From positions 1 through 36,942 of the forward strand of contig JAXDQU010000081.1 in NCBI GenBank assembly GCA_034667685.1: 36,942 nucleotides of DNA. The letters run 5' to 3'. This DNA comes from Thermoplasmata archaeon (GTDB lineage Archaea; Thermoplasmatota; SW-10-69-26; JACQPN01; JAJPHT01). Positions 1-11,296 of the stretch are shown piece after piece (position 1 is the first letter of the stretch; the number at the start of each line of letters is the position of its first letter). Below the pieces are notes generated by a model. It made no database searches and had not been told where the DNA came from. It worked only from the letters and a program-made list of their open reading frames with translations. The position numbers and the translations under genes are program-made.

Positions 1-9
1 ACGCTCGGT

Positions 10-44
10 CTTCGTGCTCTTCGTGGCTTCGGGCTCTTCGTGTG
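10..44. repeat. Right arm of a CACGAAG/CTTCGTG periodic palindromic element (left arm presumably outside the window)
   Basis: cttcgtg-ct-cttcgtg-g-cttcggg-ct-cttcgtg; nearly identical to the right arm at 33948-33980. Confidence 0.75.
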
Positions 45-119
45 ATGTCGAGCCGAACCATTCTTGATATCGACTTTCGGGCCAGCGCAAGCAAGACGCC
101 GAGCGGCGAACGCTCCCGC

Positions 120-311
120 ATGGTCGATCCTCTGGACGATCCGAGCCCGACCGATGCGGAGATCGGCAGCACCGCCGGCCACACGCACGCCGAGGTCCTG
201 GCGCAGACGCTCGGCTTCACGCGCGCCGTTGCCGCGCTCTCGCAGGATGGCCCGCCGCCGGCGCGCGGGAGCGTGCTGCGCGAGCGCCGGGCCCGGGAGG
301 AGTGGCCGTGA
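120..311 (+). CDS. Hypothetical protein (~63 aa)
   Basis: ATG at 120 in ORF 42..311; host-like codon usage; stop overlaps next start (GTGA, 308-311). Confidence 0.45.
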   Translation: MVDPLDDPSPTDAEIGSTAGHTHAEVLAQTLGFTRAVAALSQDGPPPARGSVLRERRAREEWP

Positions 312-496
312 GCATCACGATGGGGCACGTCATGATGCTGGCCGGCGCCGTGATGGTGGTCGGGCCGCTCGTCGCGCCGTCGCTCTACGACGCGGCCGCC
401 GCGCCGATCACGGTGACGTTCGGGATCGACTTCCTGCTGCTGGGCGCGCTGATGCGGAAGATCATGCCGCGCATGGACGGCGGACGCGCCGCGTGA
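308..496 (+). CDS. Small membrane protein, 2 predicted TM helices (~62 aa)
   Basis: Hydrophobic segments VMMLAGAVMVVGPLV and ITVTFGIDFLLLGAL; GTGA coupling with upstream ORF. Confidence 0.6.
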   Translation: MSITMGHVMMLAGAVMVVGPLVAPSLYDAAAAPITVTFGIDFLLLGALMRKIMPRMDGGRAA

Positions 497-632
497 GGAG
501 CAGGCCGGGCGCCCCCGAGGGGGGACAGAGAAACGGGGGGAGGGGCGCCCAGCTGGCCGCCGCACGTCTCCCAGGTTGGTTCAGCGTATCGGCGCGGCAC
601 CCCGCCGGCTTCGTTTGCAGCGGCCCGGGTGC

Positions 633-848
633 TCACGCGTCGGGGAGCGGCGGCGAGCAGCCGCGGTGGTCGTCGAGGAAGCGCGTCAGCACCTGGACGC
701 GGCTGACCACGTCGAGGGCGTGCGGCGCCTCCGCCTGGTGGCCGCAGTGGCGGCAGAGCGCGACGTAGCGCGAGGAGCCGGGCGCCTGGCGGAACGAGAC
801 GTGCGGGACGAAGCCGTCCTCGTCGTCCTCCGCGTCGCTGGGCCCCAC
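633..848 (-). CDS. Small hypothetical protein, possible Zn-binding (CRHC...HRGC), ~71 aa
   Basis: Acidic N-terminus, CxxC and HxxC motifs; GTG at 848 has AAAGCTTGAC about 30 nt upstream. Confidence 0.5.
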   Translation of the reverse strand: MGPSDAEDDEDGFVPHVSFRQAPGSSRYVALCRHCGHQAEAPHALDVVSRVQVLTRFLDDHRGCSPPLPDA

Positions 849-1002
849 GGGCCGGCGACTCCCGAATGGTGAGTCAAGCTTTGTGGAGCCCCGCTCCAGA
901 GCAGGAAGAGTGTCCCCTCGCGCACGGAACCCGATCTCATGGTTAGATACGATCAACCGGGGCCAGTCGGCGGAGGGGTGGCCGTGCCAAGCCGCGCCCC
1001 CA

Positions 1003-1848
1003 TCATGAGCCTATCCGGAAGGCCCGCGCCCCGTTCTCCCAGAGGATGCGCCCCTTGGCGGCGTCGGAGAGCGGGAGCGCGAGGACCGCCTCGACCTGCT
1101 TGCGCAGCGAGCGCACGCCCATGCTGGGCCAGTCGCTGCCGTAGACGACCTTGTGGTCGATCTCGGGGAGCCGGGGCAGCGCGTCGAGCAGCTTCGCGGG
1201 CGGGATGCCGCTGATCTCCAGGAGCAGGTTCGGGTGGCGCCGCGCCAGGAAGAACGCCGCGTCGTGCCAGAGCGGCCGGCCCGCGTGCGCCAGGAGGATC
1301 GTCACGTCGGGGAAGTCCACCGCGACGTCGTCGACGAAGATCGGATCGGTGAAGCGGTTCTTGGCGCCCGGGAAGACGCTCGTGCCGCTGTGGATCGTGA
1401 CCGGCATGCGCCGGCGCGCGGCGACCTCGTAGAGCGGCGCGAGGCGCGGGTCGTTGGGATAGAGGAGCTGGTGCGCCGGGTGCACCTTGAAGGCGCGCGC
1501 CCCGAGCGCCACGAGGCGCTCCGCCTCGGCGCGCACGTCGGGCGTGGCGTCGGGGTGCAGACCGCCGAAGGGCACGAGGCGCGGGCTCGCGCGGGCGAAC
1601 GCCGCCACGAAGTCGTTGCTGTCGGGCCGGTAGCCCATGACCTCGGGCGAGACGTAGCTGATCAGGCAGGCCGCGTCGATCCCCTCCTCGTCGAGGTGCG
1701 CGAGGAAGAGCCGCGGGTCCTCCTCGAACGCGCGCAGGCGGGCGACGTCGCCGCGGCCCGCCTCGAACATCGCCTTCACCGGCGGGCGCATCTGCGCGCT
1801 GGGCTGCAGGTGCACGTGCGCGTCGAGGACGCGATGCCCTTCGATCAA
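1003..1848 (-). CDS. Amidohydrolase family protein (amidohydro_2 type metal-dependent hydrolase)
   Basis: DAHVH metal motif, FKVHP, IHSG, LAHAG, YGSDWP, ENGARAF; TTG start inferred. Confidence 0.9.
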   Translation of the reverse strand: MIEGHRVLDAHVHLQPSAQMRPPVKAMFEAGRGDVARLRAFEEDPRLFLAHLDEEGIDAACLISYVSPEVMGYRPDSNDFVAAFARASPRLVPFGGLHPDATPDVRAEAERLVALGARAFKVHPAHQLLYPNDPRLAPLYEVAARRRMPVTIHSGTSVFPGAKNRFTDPIFVDDVAVDFPDVTILLAHAGRPLWHDAAFFLARRHPNLLLEISGIPPAKLLDALPRLPEIDHKVVYGSDWPSMGVRSLRKQVEAVLALPLSDAAKGRILWENGARAFRIGS

Positions 1849-1871
1849 CGCGGGGGCATCGCGAGCCGGGC

Positions 1872-1884
1872 GGAAAGGCTTTCC
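1872..1884. promoter_or_regulatory. Palindromic putative bidirectional promoter core between divergent amidohydrolase and MFS genes
   Basis: GGAAAG-G-CTTTCC; CTTTCC lies 30 nt before GTG 1909 (+) and 29 nt before TTG 1848 (-). Confidence 0.5.
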
Positions 1885-1908
1885 CGGCCGCGGCCCGCTC
1901 GACGCGCC

Positions 1909-3051
1909 GTGCCGCGCTTCCCGCGCAACGTCGTGGCGCTCTCGATCACGAGCTTCCTGGCCGACGTGTCCGGCGAGATGCTCATGGCCGTGCTGCCCTT
2001 CCTGCTCCTGGCGCAGGGCGCGACGGGCTTCGACGTGGGAATCACGGGCGGCGTCTCGGACGCGGTCGGGCACCTGCTCAAGCCCGTCTTCGGCGCGTTG
2101 GCGGACCGCACGCGCCGGCGCAAGCCGCTGGTGGTGGGCGGCTATCTGCTCGCGGCCTCGGCGCGCTTCGGCATCAGCGCGTCGACGCAATGGTTCTGGA
2201 GCCTCGCCTACCGCAGCGCGGACCGCGTGGGCAAGGGCATGCGCACCGCGCCGCGCGACGCGATCCTTGCCGAGAGCGCGACGAAGGAGACGCGGGGACG
2301 GAGCTTCGGCCTGCACCGCGCGGCCGACACGGCGGGCGCCGTCGTGGGCGTGGGCCTCGCGCTGCTCGCGCTCCTCGTGCTGCGGGCCAGCGACGCGAGC
2401 ATCGTCTTCGTGGGCGCGCTCATCGGGCTCTCGACCGCGATCCCGCTCTTCTTCGTGCGCGACGAAGGCCCCCTCGCGCCGGCCGCGGCCAAGGCGATCG
2501 CCGAGCCGCTCTCGCCGCGCTACCGCCGCTATCTCGTCGTCGCGGCCATCTTCGCCGCGGGCAACGTGAGCTATCTTTTCTTCGTGCTGCGCGCCTCCGA
2601 CGCGGTGGGCGGCGCCGTCGGCGCGGTCGCGCTCTACCTCGTCTTCAACGTCGTCTACGCGGCGGGGGCGTATCCGATGGGGGCGCTCTCCGACCGCGTC
2701 GGAAAGCCTCGCGTCCTCGCGGCCGGCTTCCTGCTCTTCGCGCTGGCCGCGGCGCTCATGGCGATGCCCCCGACGTGGTGGCGCGCGCTCGCCGCGTTCG
2801 TCGTCATGGGCGGCTCCTTCGCGTGCGTGGACGGCGTCGAGCGCGCGTTCGCAGCGGACCTCGCGGGGAGCGTGGCGCGCAGCACGCGGCTGGGCGTGTT
2901 CCAGGGCGTCGTGGGCGTCGCGACGGTGCTCTCGGGCATCGCGGCGGGCCTGCTCTGGGACCAGGTCGCGCCGTGGGCCGCCTTCGCATGGGGCGCGGGC
3001 GTGGCGCTCGTCGCGCTGGCGGCGCTGGCCCTAGGCGGGTTCCTGCGATAG
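1909..3051 (+). CDS. MFS transporter
   Basis: About 12 hydrophobic segments; motif A GALADRTRRRK and GALSDRVGK; DRVGKGMRTAPRDA and GRSFGLHRAADTAGA signatures. Confidence 0.92.
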   Translation: MPRFPRNVVALSITSFLADVSGEMLMAVLPFLLLAQGATGFDVGITGGVSDAVGHLLKPVFGALADRTRRRKPLVVGGYLLAASARFGISASTQWFWSLAYRSADRVGKGMRTAPRDAILAESATKETRGRSFGLHRAADTAGAVVGVGLALLALLVLRASDASIVFVGALIGLSTAIPLFFVRDEGPLAPAAAKAIAEPLSPRYRRYLVVAAIFAAGNVSYLFFVLRASDAVGGAVGAVALYLVFNVVYAAGAYPMGALSDRVGKPRVLAAGFLLFALAAALMAMPPTWWRALAAFVVMGGSFACVDGVERAFAADLAGSVARSTRLGVFQGVVGVATVLSGIAAGLLWDQVAPWAAFAWGAGVALVALAALALGGFLR

Positions 3052-3561
3052 CAATTCGTCTAGGCTGGGCTCGATCCAGCCTTCGATGCGCGCGCTGGGC
3101 TCGCCCAAGACGGCCGGGTCGAGCATCGCCTCGATCCGCGGCGCGCGGGTCGCCGACTCGGCCTTGAGCCGCGCGAGCGTCTCCTCCAGGATCGCGATCA
3201 TGCGCTCGCGCGCGGGCGTCTGGCCGCGGTATTCGCTCGACCACCTGCGCCAGCCGGGCCGCCGGTGCGCGAGCTTCCACTTGGCGCCTTCGAGGAACGT
3301 CTCGTAGGTGTTCGCGTCGACCTTGCGCACGCGCTGGTGGGCGAGGAGCAGCCAGTGGAACATCGTCCCCGCGGGCGCGCCGCTTCCCTCGGGCGCGGCC
3401 CACCTCCGGCGCTTGGGGCTGCGGAACGCGACGGACCATGCGTCGGGCGAGAGCTTCGTCTCCTCCCAGCGCCCCTCCGTGTAGTCCCAGTCGTGGCGGC
3501 CGCCCACGCGCATGCCGGTGTAGCGGCGATCCCCGAACGACTTGGCGTCGTCGTAGCCCAC
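3031..3561 (-). CDS. Uncharacterised Trp/Arg-rich 'YTGMxVG-APEGSG' protein, paralog 1 (176 aa)
   Basis: Aligns over ~120 aa with 5072..5572 (YTGM.VG, EG.W.E.KL, APEGSGAP.GT, K.DAN.YET, G.KWK, AR.RMI.IL..TLA.L.AE); CTTCAAG at -30. Confidence 0.85.
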   Translation of the reverse strand: MGYDDAKSFGDRRYTGMRVGGRHDWDYTEGRWEETKLSPDAWSVAFRSPKRRRWAAPEGSGAPAGTMFHWLLLAHQRVRKVDANTYETFLEGAKWKLAHRRPGWRRWSSEYRGQTPARERMIAILEETLARLKAESATRAPRIEAMLDPAVLGEPSARIEGWIEPSLDELLSQEPA

Positions 3562-3593
3562 GCCGTCGGGTCAAGCCGCATCGGCTTGAAGAT

Positions 3594-4316
3594 TCAGGGA
3601 AGGGGAATCCCGAGAGTACGGAGCTGCGCCTCGGCCTTGGGCGCCCACCCCTTGTTCGCCTCGGGGCTCGCGGGGCTCGGGTGGAGCACGCGCCCGACCG
3701 GGATCGCCAGGCGCTCGGCCTCCAGCACGGCGCGGGCGCGCTCCTCCGCGTACTGGCCCACGCCCACGACGTGCGAGGGGCGCAGCGCGCGGATCGCCTC
3801 GGCGAGGTGCCGGTCGCACGCCTCCTCGATCGCGGCGTTGGCGCGCGCTCCGAGCTGAGGCGGCGTGAGGTTCTTGCCCTCCGCGTCGAAGAAGAGGAGC
3901 GGGCAGTAGTTCGCGATGAAGAATCGCCCGAAGAACGCGTCCGCGGTGCCGAAGCGCTCCGAGGCCCAGCCGTAGAGGCGGCTGCCCGAGGGCTCGCGGC
4001 GCGTCGTGCTGAAGCCGGTGACGGGGCGCTTGGGATGCAGCTTGGTGGGCTGGGCGTGCTCGCCCGTGATGCGCATCCAGTCGCGCACGTACACCACGTC
4101 GCCGAAGGGCACGCCCGTCTGCCCCATGCCCCACGGGCCGGGGTTCATGCCCACGAGGAGCGCGCGCCCCGCGGGCTGGGCATCGCCGTAGCGCTGGGCG
4201 TACGCGGCGTGCGCGTCCCAGGCGTACGCGAGCGGGTTGTAGACGTAGGGCGCTCCGGGCACGCGCAGGGCGTCGCACGCCTCACGCAGGCGGTGGGCCG
4301 CGGCGAGCAGGGACAC
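3594..4316 (-). CDS. smug1: SMUG1-family (family 3) uracil-DNA glycosylase, copy 1
   Basis: YVYNPLAYAW, GMNPGPWGMGQTGVPFG, REPSG, NYCPLLF, NLTP, HPSPASP. Confidence 0.93.
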   Translation of the reverse strand: MSLLAAAHRLREACDALRVPGAPYVYNPLAYAWDAHAAYAQRYGDAQPAGRALLVGMNPGPWGMGQTGVPFGDVVYVRDWMRITGEHAQPTKLHPKRPVTGFSTTRREPSGSRLYGWASERFGTADAFFGRFFIANYCPLLFFDAEGKNLTPPQLGARANAAIEEACDRHLAEAIRALRPSHVVGVGQYAEERARAVLEAERLAIPVGRVLHPSPASPEANKGWAPKAEAQLRTLGIPLP

Positions 4317-4322
4317 GGCCGG

Positions 4323-5012
4323 TCAAGGGGGCGACCCGGCAAAAAGGTCCTCGCCCCAGCCGCGGTTGTTGCGCGGGTTCGCGGGGCTCGGGTGGAGGGC
4401 GGCCTGGACGGGCACGTCGAGGTCGAGCGCGCGCAGCCGCGCCGCGACGTACGACCCGAGCGCCACGAGCCTCGTGGGCCGGAGCGTGGCGACGAGCGCG
4501 CGCATGTGCTCATCGCACGCGGGCTCGAGCGCGGCGCGCGCGGCGCGGGGCAGCTTGTCGGGCGTGAGGTTCGCTCCCTCCGCGTCGAGGAAGAGCAGCG
4601 GGCAGTAGTTGTCGACGAACCAGTCCGCGAAGAACGCCTGCGCGGTGCCGTAGCGCGCCCGCGCCGCGCCGTAGAGCCGCCGCCCGCTGGGGTCGGGCCG
4701 GCGCGACGCGAAGCCGAGGATCGGGAGCTTCGGGTGCGTGCGCGCGGGCGCGCTGACGGGGCCCTCGACGCCCATCCAGCCGCACGCCGTCTCGGGGTCC
4801 GCGAAGGGGACGCCCGTCTGCGCCATGCCCCAGAAGCCGGGGTTCATGCCCACGAGCACGCTGCGCCCGGCCCCCGCGCCGAACCTGCGCAGGTACGCCT
4901 CGTGCGGCGCCCAGGCGTAGCCGAGCGGGTGATAGCACCACGCGGCGCGCCCACCCGGAGGGAAGCCCGCGAGCGCGTCGCGCAGCCGCGCGGAGGCGTC
5001 GAGGAGGTCCAC
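4323..5012 (-). CDS. smug1: SMUG1-family uracil-DNA glycosylase, divergent copy 2
   Basis: YHPLGYAW, GMNPGFWGMAQTGVPFA, PDPSG, NYCPLLF, NLTP, HPSPANP. Confidence 0.9.
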   Translation of the reverse strand: MDLLDASARLRDALAGFPPGGRAAWCYHPLGYAWAPHEAYLRRFGAGAGRSVLVGMNPGFWGMAQTGVPFADPETACGWMGVEGPVSAPARTHPKLPILGFASRRPDPSGRRLYGAARARYGTAQAFFADWFVDNYCPLLFLDAEGANLTPDKLPRAARAALEPACDEHMRALVATLRPTRLVALGSYVAARLRALDLDVPVQAALHPSPANPRNNRGWGEDLFAGSPP

Positions 5013-5071
5013 GCGGCCGCAACGGGAGTTCGGCCAGAAGAGCCTATTCGCGGCGCCGCAAGCCGCCAGGC

Positions 5072-5572
5072 ATGCCGTACACGGGGATGAAGGTCGGCCG
5101 CGGCCACCACTGGACCTACGAGGGCGAGTGGATCGAGCGCAAGCTGGGCAAGGACACGTGGGAGGTGGACTTCCGCGCGCGCAAGACGCGCAAGGGCAAG
5201 GCGCCCGAAGGAAGCGGCGCGCCGGTGGGCACCGAGTACCTCTGGTTCTTCGCGCCCACGCTCCAGCGCGCCATGAAGCTCGACGCCAACGCCTACGAGA
5301 CGCGGATGACGGGGCTCAAGTGGAAGGTGGGCTTCCGCCCGGCCACCGCGAAGACCTGGGACTTCGAGTGGGCCAAGACGGGCGAGACGGCGCGCCGGCG
5401 CATGATCCGCATCCTGCGGCAGACGTTGGCCGATCTCGTGGCGGAGGAGAAGGCGGGCGAGCCGCAGCCCGAGCTTCCCGGGATCGAGATGGCGCGCCCG
5501 GCGCCCGCGCGGAAGCCCCGGAGCCGGAAGGCCAAGCCCGCGGCGCACGCGCGCAGCAAGGCGGAAGCGTAG
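5072..5572 (+). CDS. Uncharacterised Trp/Lys-rich 'YTGMxVG-APEGSG' protein, paralog 2 (166 aa), basic C-terminal tail
   Basis: Clear paralogy with 3031..3561; strong codon bias; tail ARKPRSRKAKPAAHARSK. Confidence 0.87.
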   Translation: MPYTGMKVGRGHHWTYEGEWIERKLGKDTWEVDFRARKTRKGKAPEGSGAPVGTEYLWFFAPTLQRAMKLDANAYETRMTGLKWKVGFRPATAKTWDFEWAKTGETARRRMIRILRQTLADLVAEEKAGEPQPELPGIEMARPAPARKPRSRKAKPAAHARSKAEA

Positions 5573-5590
5573 GCGCCGCGCTGGCCCCGC

Positions 5591-6988
5591 GTGGACGCGC
5601 CGCTGCACGAGATCGCGTGCGACAGGCAGGACGCCGCCGCGCCCGCGCTGGCGCACCACTGGGCCGACGGCAGCGTGGACCGCCTCTCGTTCGGAGACCT
5701 CGCGCTCGCCTCGCGCGCCCTCGCCTCGCGCCTCTCGGAGGCGGGCGTGCGCGCCGGCGCCCGCGTCGCGATCGCGCTGCCGCAGGCGCCGCTCCATCCC
5801 GTCGCGCACCTCGCCTGCTCGCGCGTGGGCGCGATCACGGTGCCGCTCTCGCCCATGCTCGGCGCCGACGCGCTGACGCCCCGGCTCGCGCGCGCCGCGC
5901 CAACGCTCGCCCTCGTCGACGCCTCGCGCGCCGAGGCGTTCCGCGCCGCCGATCCCGCGCTGCCGCTCTGGATCGCGCAGGGGCGCAACCTCCGCACGAC
6001 GCGCGGTACGCTCCCCGCCCGCGAGGCCGCGCCCCTCTCGCCGCGCCCGCTCTCCCTGTTCTTCACGAGCGGCACCACCGCCGAGCCCAAGTGCGTCGCG
6101 CTGCCCCGCGGCGTCGTCGCGGGCCGCATGCCGGGCTTCCGCCGCGCGCACCCCGAGGCCTCGCGCTTCTGGAGCCCCGCCGAGTGGAGCTGGATCGGCG
6201 GGCTGCACGACGCGCTCTTCGCGCCGTGGATCGCCGGCCTCTGCGTCGTGAGCGCGCAGCGCGAGGGCCGCTTCGACCCGGCCGCCGCGGCGCGCCTGAT
6301 CGAGGCCGAGCGCGTCGATGCCGCGTTCCTTCCGCCCACCGCGCTGAAGCGCTGGCGCGCCAGCGGGCTCCCCGCGCCGCGCCTCGCCTCGCTCCACGCG
6401 GCGGGCGAGCCGCTCCAGCCCGCGGCGCGCGCCTGGGCCGAGGCGGGAGCCGCCGTGCGCGAGGTCTACGGGCTCACCGAGTGCGCGTTCGTCCTCCTGG
6501 ACGGCGAGCCCGTCAACAGCGCGCGCGTCGAGCTGGACCGCGGGGAGGTCCGCGTCGCGGCGGGCGCGCCCACGATGATGCTCGGCTACGTCGAGGATGG
6601 CGAGGCGCGCCTGCCGCTCGACGCGGACGGGTTCTTCCGCACCGGCGACGAGGCGCGCGAGGAGGGGGGCCGCCTGCGCGTCGTCGGACGCCTGGATGAT
6701 ATCATCAAGTCGAGCGGCTACCGCATCTCGCCCGGCGAGGTCGAGGCCGCGCTCCTGCGCCACCCCGCCGTCGCCGAGTGCGCCGTCGTGGGCGTTCCCG
6801 ACGAGGCGCGCGGGCACGCGGTCAAGGCGTTCGTCAAGCTCGCGGACGGGGCGCGGGCCGACGCGGAGGCGCTGCGGGCGCACGTGCGCGACCACGCGGG
6901 CGCCTACATGACGCCGCGCGAGGTCGTCTTCGTGGACGCGCTCCCGCAGACCGTGAACGGGAAGCTGCTGCGCCGGCACCTTCGGTAG
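5591..6988 (+). CDS. AMP-binding acyl-CoA synthetase (ANL superfamily)
   Basis: FTSGTTAEPK P-loop, YGLTE, RTGD, GRLDDIIKSSGYRISPGEVE, LPQTVNGK. Confidence 0.92.
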   Translation: MDAPLHEIACDRQDAAAPALAHHWADGSVDRLSFGDLALASRALASRLSEAGVRAGARVAIALPQAPLHPVAHLACSRVGAITVPLSPMLGADALTPRLARAAPTLALVDASRAEAFRAADPALPLWIAQGRNLRTTRGTLPAREAAPLSPRPLSLFFTSGTTAEPKCVALPRGVVAGRMPGFRRAHPEASRFWSPAEWSWIGGLHDALFAPWIAGLCVVSAQREGRFDPAAAARLIEAERVDAAFLPPTALKRWRASGLPAPRLASLHAAGEPLQPAARAWAEAGAAVREVYGLTECAFVLLDGEPVNSARVELDRGEVRVAAGAPTMMLGYVEDGEARLPLDADGFFRTGDEAREEGGRLRVVGRLDDIIKSSGYRISPGEVEAALLRHPAVAECAVVGVPDEARGHAVKAFVKLADGARADAEALRAHVRDHAGAYMTPREVVFVDALPQTVNGKLLRRHLR

Positions 6989-7098
6989 CGGCCTCGGCGG
7001 GTGATATCACGCGGCGCGTCAGCCGGTCCTTCCGGGAGCGCGCGGGCGGCCCCGCCCGGAAGGGAAGGCATTTTCCCCGCGCCGCGACCTGCGCGGGT

Positions 7099-7977
7099 GT
7101 GCGCCCGCGCGACCTGGCGGCCCTGGCGTTCGTCCTCGCCTCGTTCGCGGCCAACAGCCTCGTGACGCGGCACGTCGTGGGCTCGGGCCTGCTCGACCCG
7201 GGCCTGCTCACGTGCGTGCGCTTCGTCGCGGGCGCCGCGATGCTGGCGATCCTCGCGCTCGCCACCGGCCGCGCCGGCATGCTGCGCGTGGGCCGCGCGA
7301 ACGTCCTCCCCGCGCTCGCCCTGGGCGCGTACGCCTTCGCGATCTCGTACGGCTATGCGTTCATCCCCGCCGCCGCGGGCACGTTCGTCTTCTACGCCGC
7401 GGTCTTCCTCACGCTCGTCGCGTCGCAGCGCCGGGCGCCCACGGGGCGGCAGGCGGCCGGCGCGGCGCTGGCGCTGGCGGGGCTCGCGGTCCTCGCGGCG
7501 TCGAGCCTCGCGGGCGTCACCGCGCTGGGCGTCGCGCTCCTCGCCGCCACCGGCATCGCGTGGGGGCTCTACACCGCCGCGGGCCGGAGCCGGCCGGACG
7601 CGCAGGCGTTCACGACGGGCAACTTCGCGCTCCTCGCGCTGCCGCTCCTGGTCGCGGGCGGCGCGTTCGTGGCGCGCGGCGCCGTGGTCACGCCGGCCGG
7701 CCTCGCGTGGGGCATCGCCATGGGCGCGGGCACGACGGCGCTGGCCTACGTCGCGTGGTACGCGCTCCAGCGCCACCTCGGCGGAGCCCAGGCCGGCCTC
7801 GTGCAGCTCGCGATCCCGATCCTCACGAGCCTGGGCGCCGTCCTCGCGCTGGGCGAGGCGTTCCCGCCGCGCCTGGCCCTCGCCGCGCTCCTGGTGATCG
7901 CGGGCCTCGCGCTGGGCGTTGGAAACGGCGCGACCCGAAAGGTGGAGCCCCCGGCCGCGCCTCGACGCGGCGCATGA
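7099..7977 (+). CDS. EamA/DMT-family transporter
   Basis: About 10 TM in two repeats; FAANSL, RFVAGA, AWGLYT, LAYVAWY, LGE motifs; GTG start with CATTTT at -30. Confidence 0.88.
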   Translation: MRPRDLAALAFVLASFAANSLVTRHVVGSGLLDPGLLTCVRFVAGAAMLAILALATGRAGMLRVGRANVLPALALGAYAFAISYGYAFIPAAAGTFVFYAAVFLTLVASQRRAPTGRQAAGAALALAGLAVLAASSLAGVTALGVALLAATGIAWGLYTAAGRSRPDAQAFTTGNFALLALPLLVAGGAFVARGAVVTPAGLAWGIAMGAGTTALAYVAWYALQRHLGGAQAGLVQLAIPILTSLGAVLALGEAFPPRLALAALLVIAGLALGVGNGATRKVEPPAAPRRGA

Positions 7978-8213
7978 GAGCGATCCTCGTCTTCGCCATC
8001 CTCGCGCTGAGCCTCGTCGCGCTGCCCTCCGCCTCCGCGGGGGTCCCTGGCAACGGATGCGTCGGCTACTACAACGACAAGCAGGTCGACCCCGGCCAGC
8101 ACCCCACCTGCACGGGCGTCAGCAGCATGGGCGGCGGCTACGCCTGCATCGGCCAGAAGGATTCCAGCACGGGCCAGTGCGACGGCGGCGTCGTGTACGT
8201 CCCCATCGGATGA
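7974..8213 (+). CDS. Small secreted Cys/Gly-rich protein (79 aa)
   Basis: Signal peptide MRAILVFAILALSLVALPSASA, 4 Cys in mature part, ATGA overlap with the EamA stop. Confidence 0.75.
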   Translation: MRAILVFAILALSLVALPSASAGVPGNGCVGYYNDKQVDPGQHPTCTGVSSMGGGYACIGQKDSSTGQCDGGVVYVPIG

Positions 8214-8228
8214 GCGCGCGCCGCGATC

Positions 8229-11132
<2,904 letters not shown>

Positions 11133-11296
11133 CGCGGAATCGCGCGCCCATCCCCAACCATCGTATTTGAGCGTTCGTGGGGGGCGGCGAATGTGCGCCT
11201 GCTGGGGTGCCTGACAGGGGTTTCACAGGATTCCTCGCCTCCGGCGGGATGCCGGGCCGCCAATCCTATGACGGGCGGCCTCGTTCCGGACGGCGC

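Noticed and set aside
849-1002. Lower-GC spacer with a small hairpin (TGGAGC-ccc-GCTCCA) as possible ncRNA or tRNA
   Set aside because: No cloverleaf or recognisable RNA family; compatible with a promoter region.
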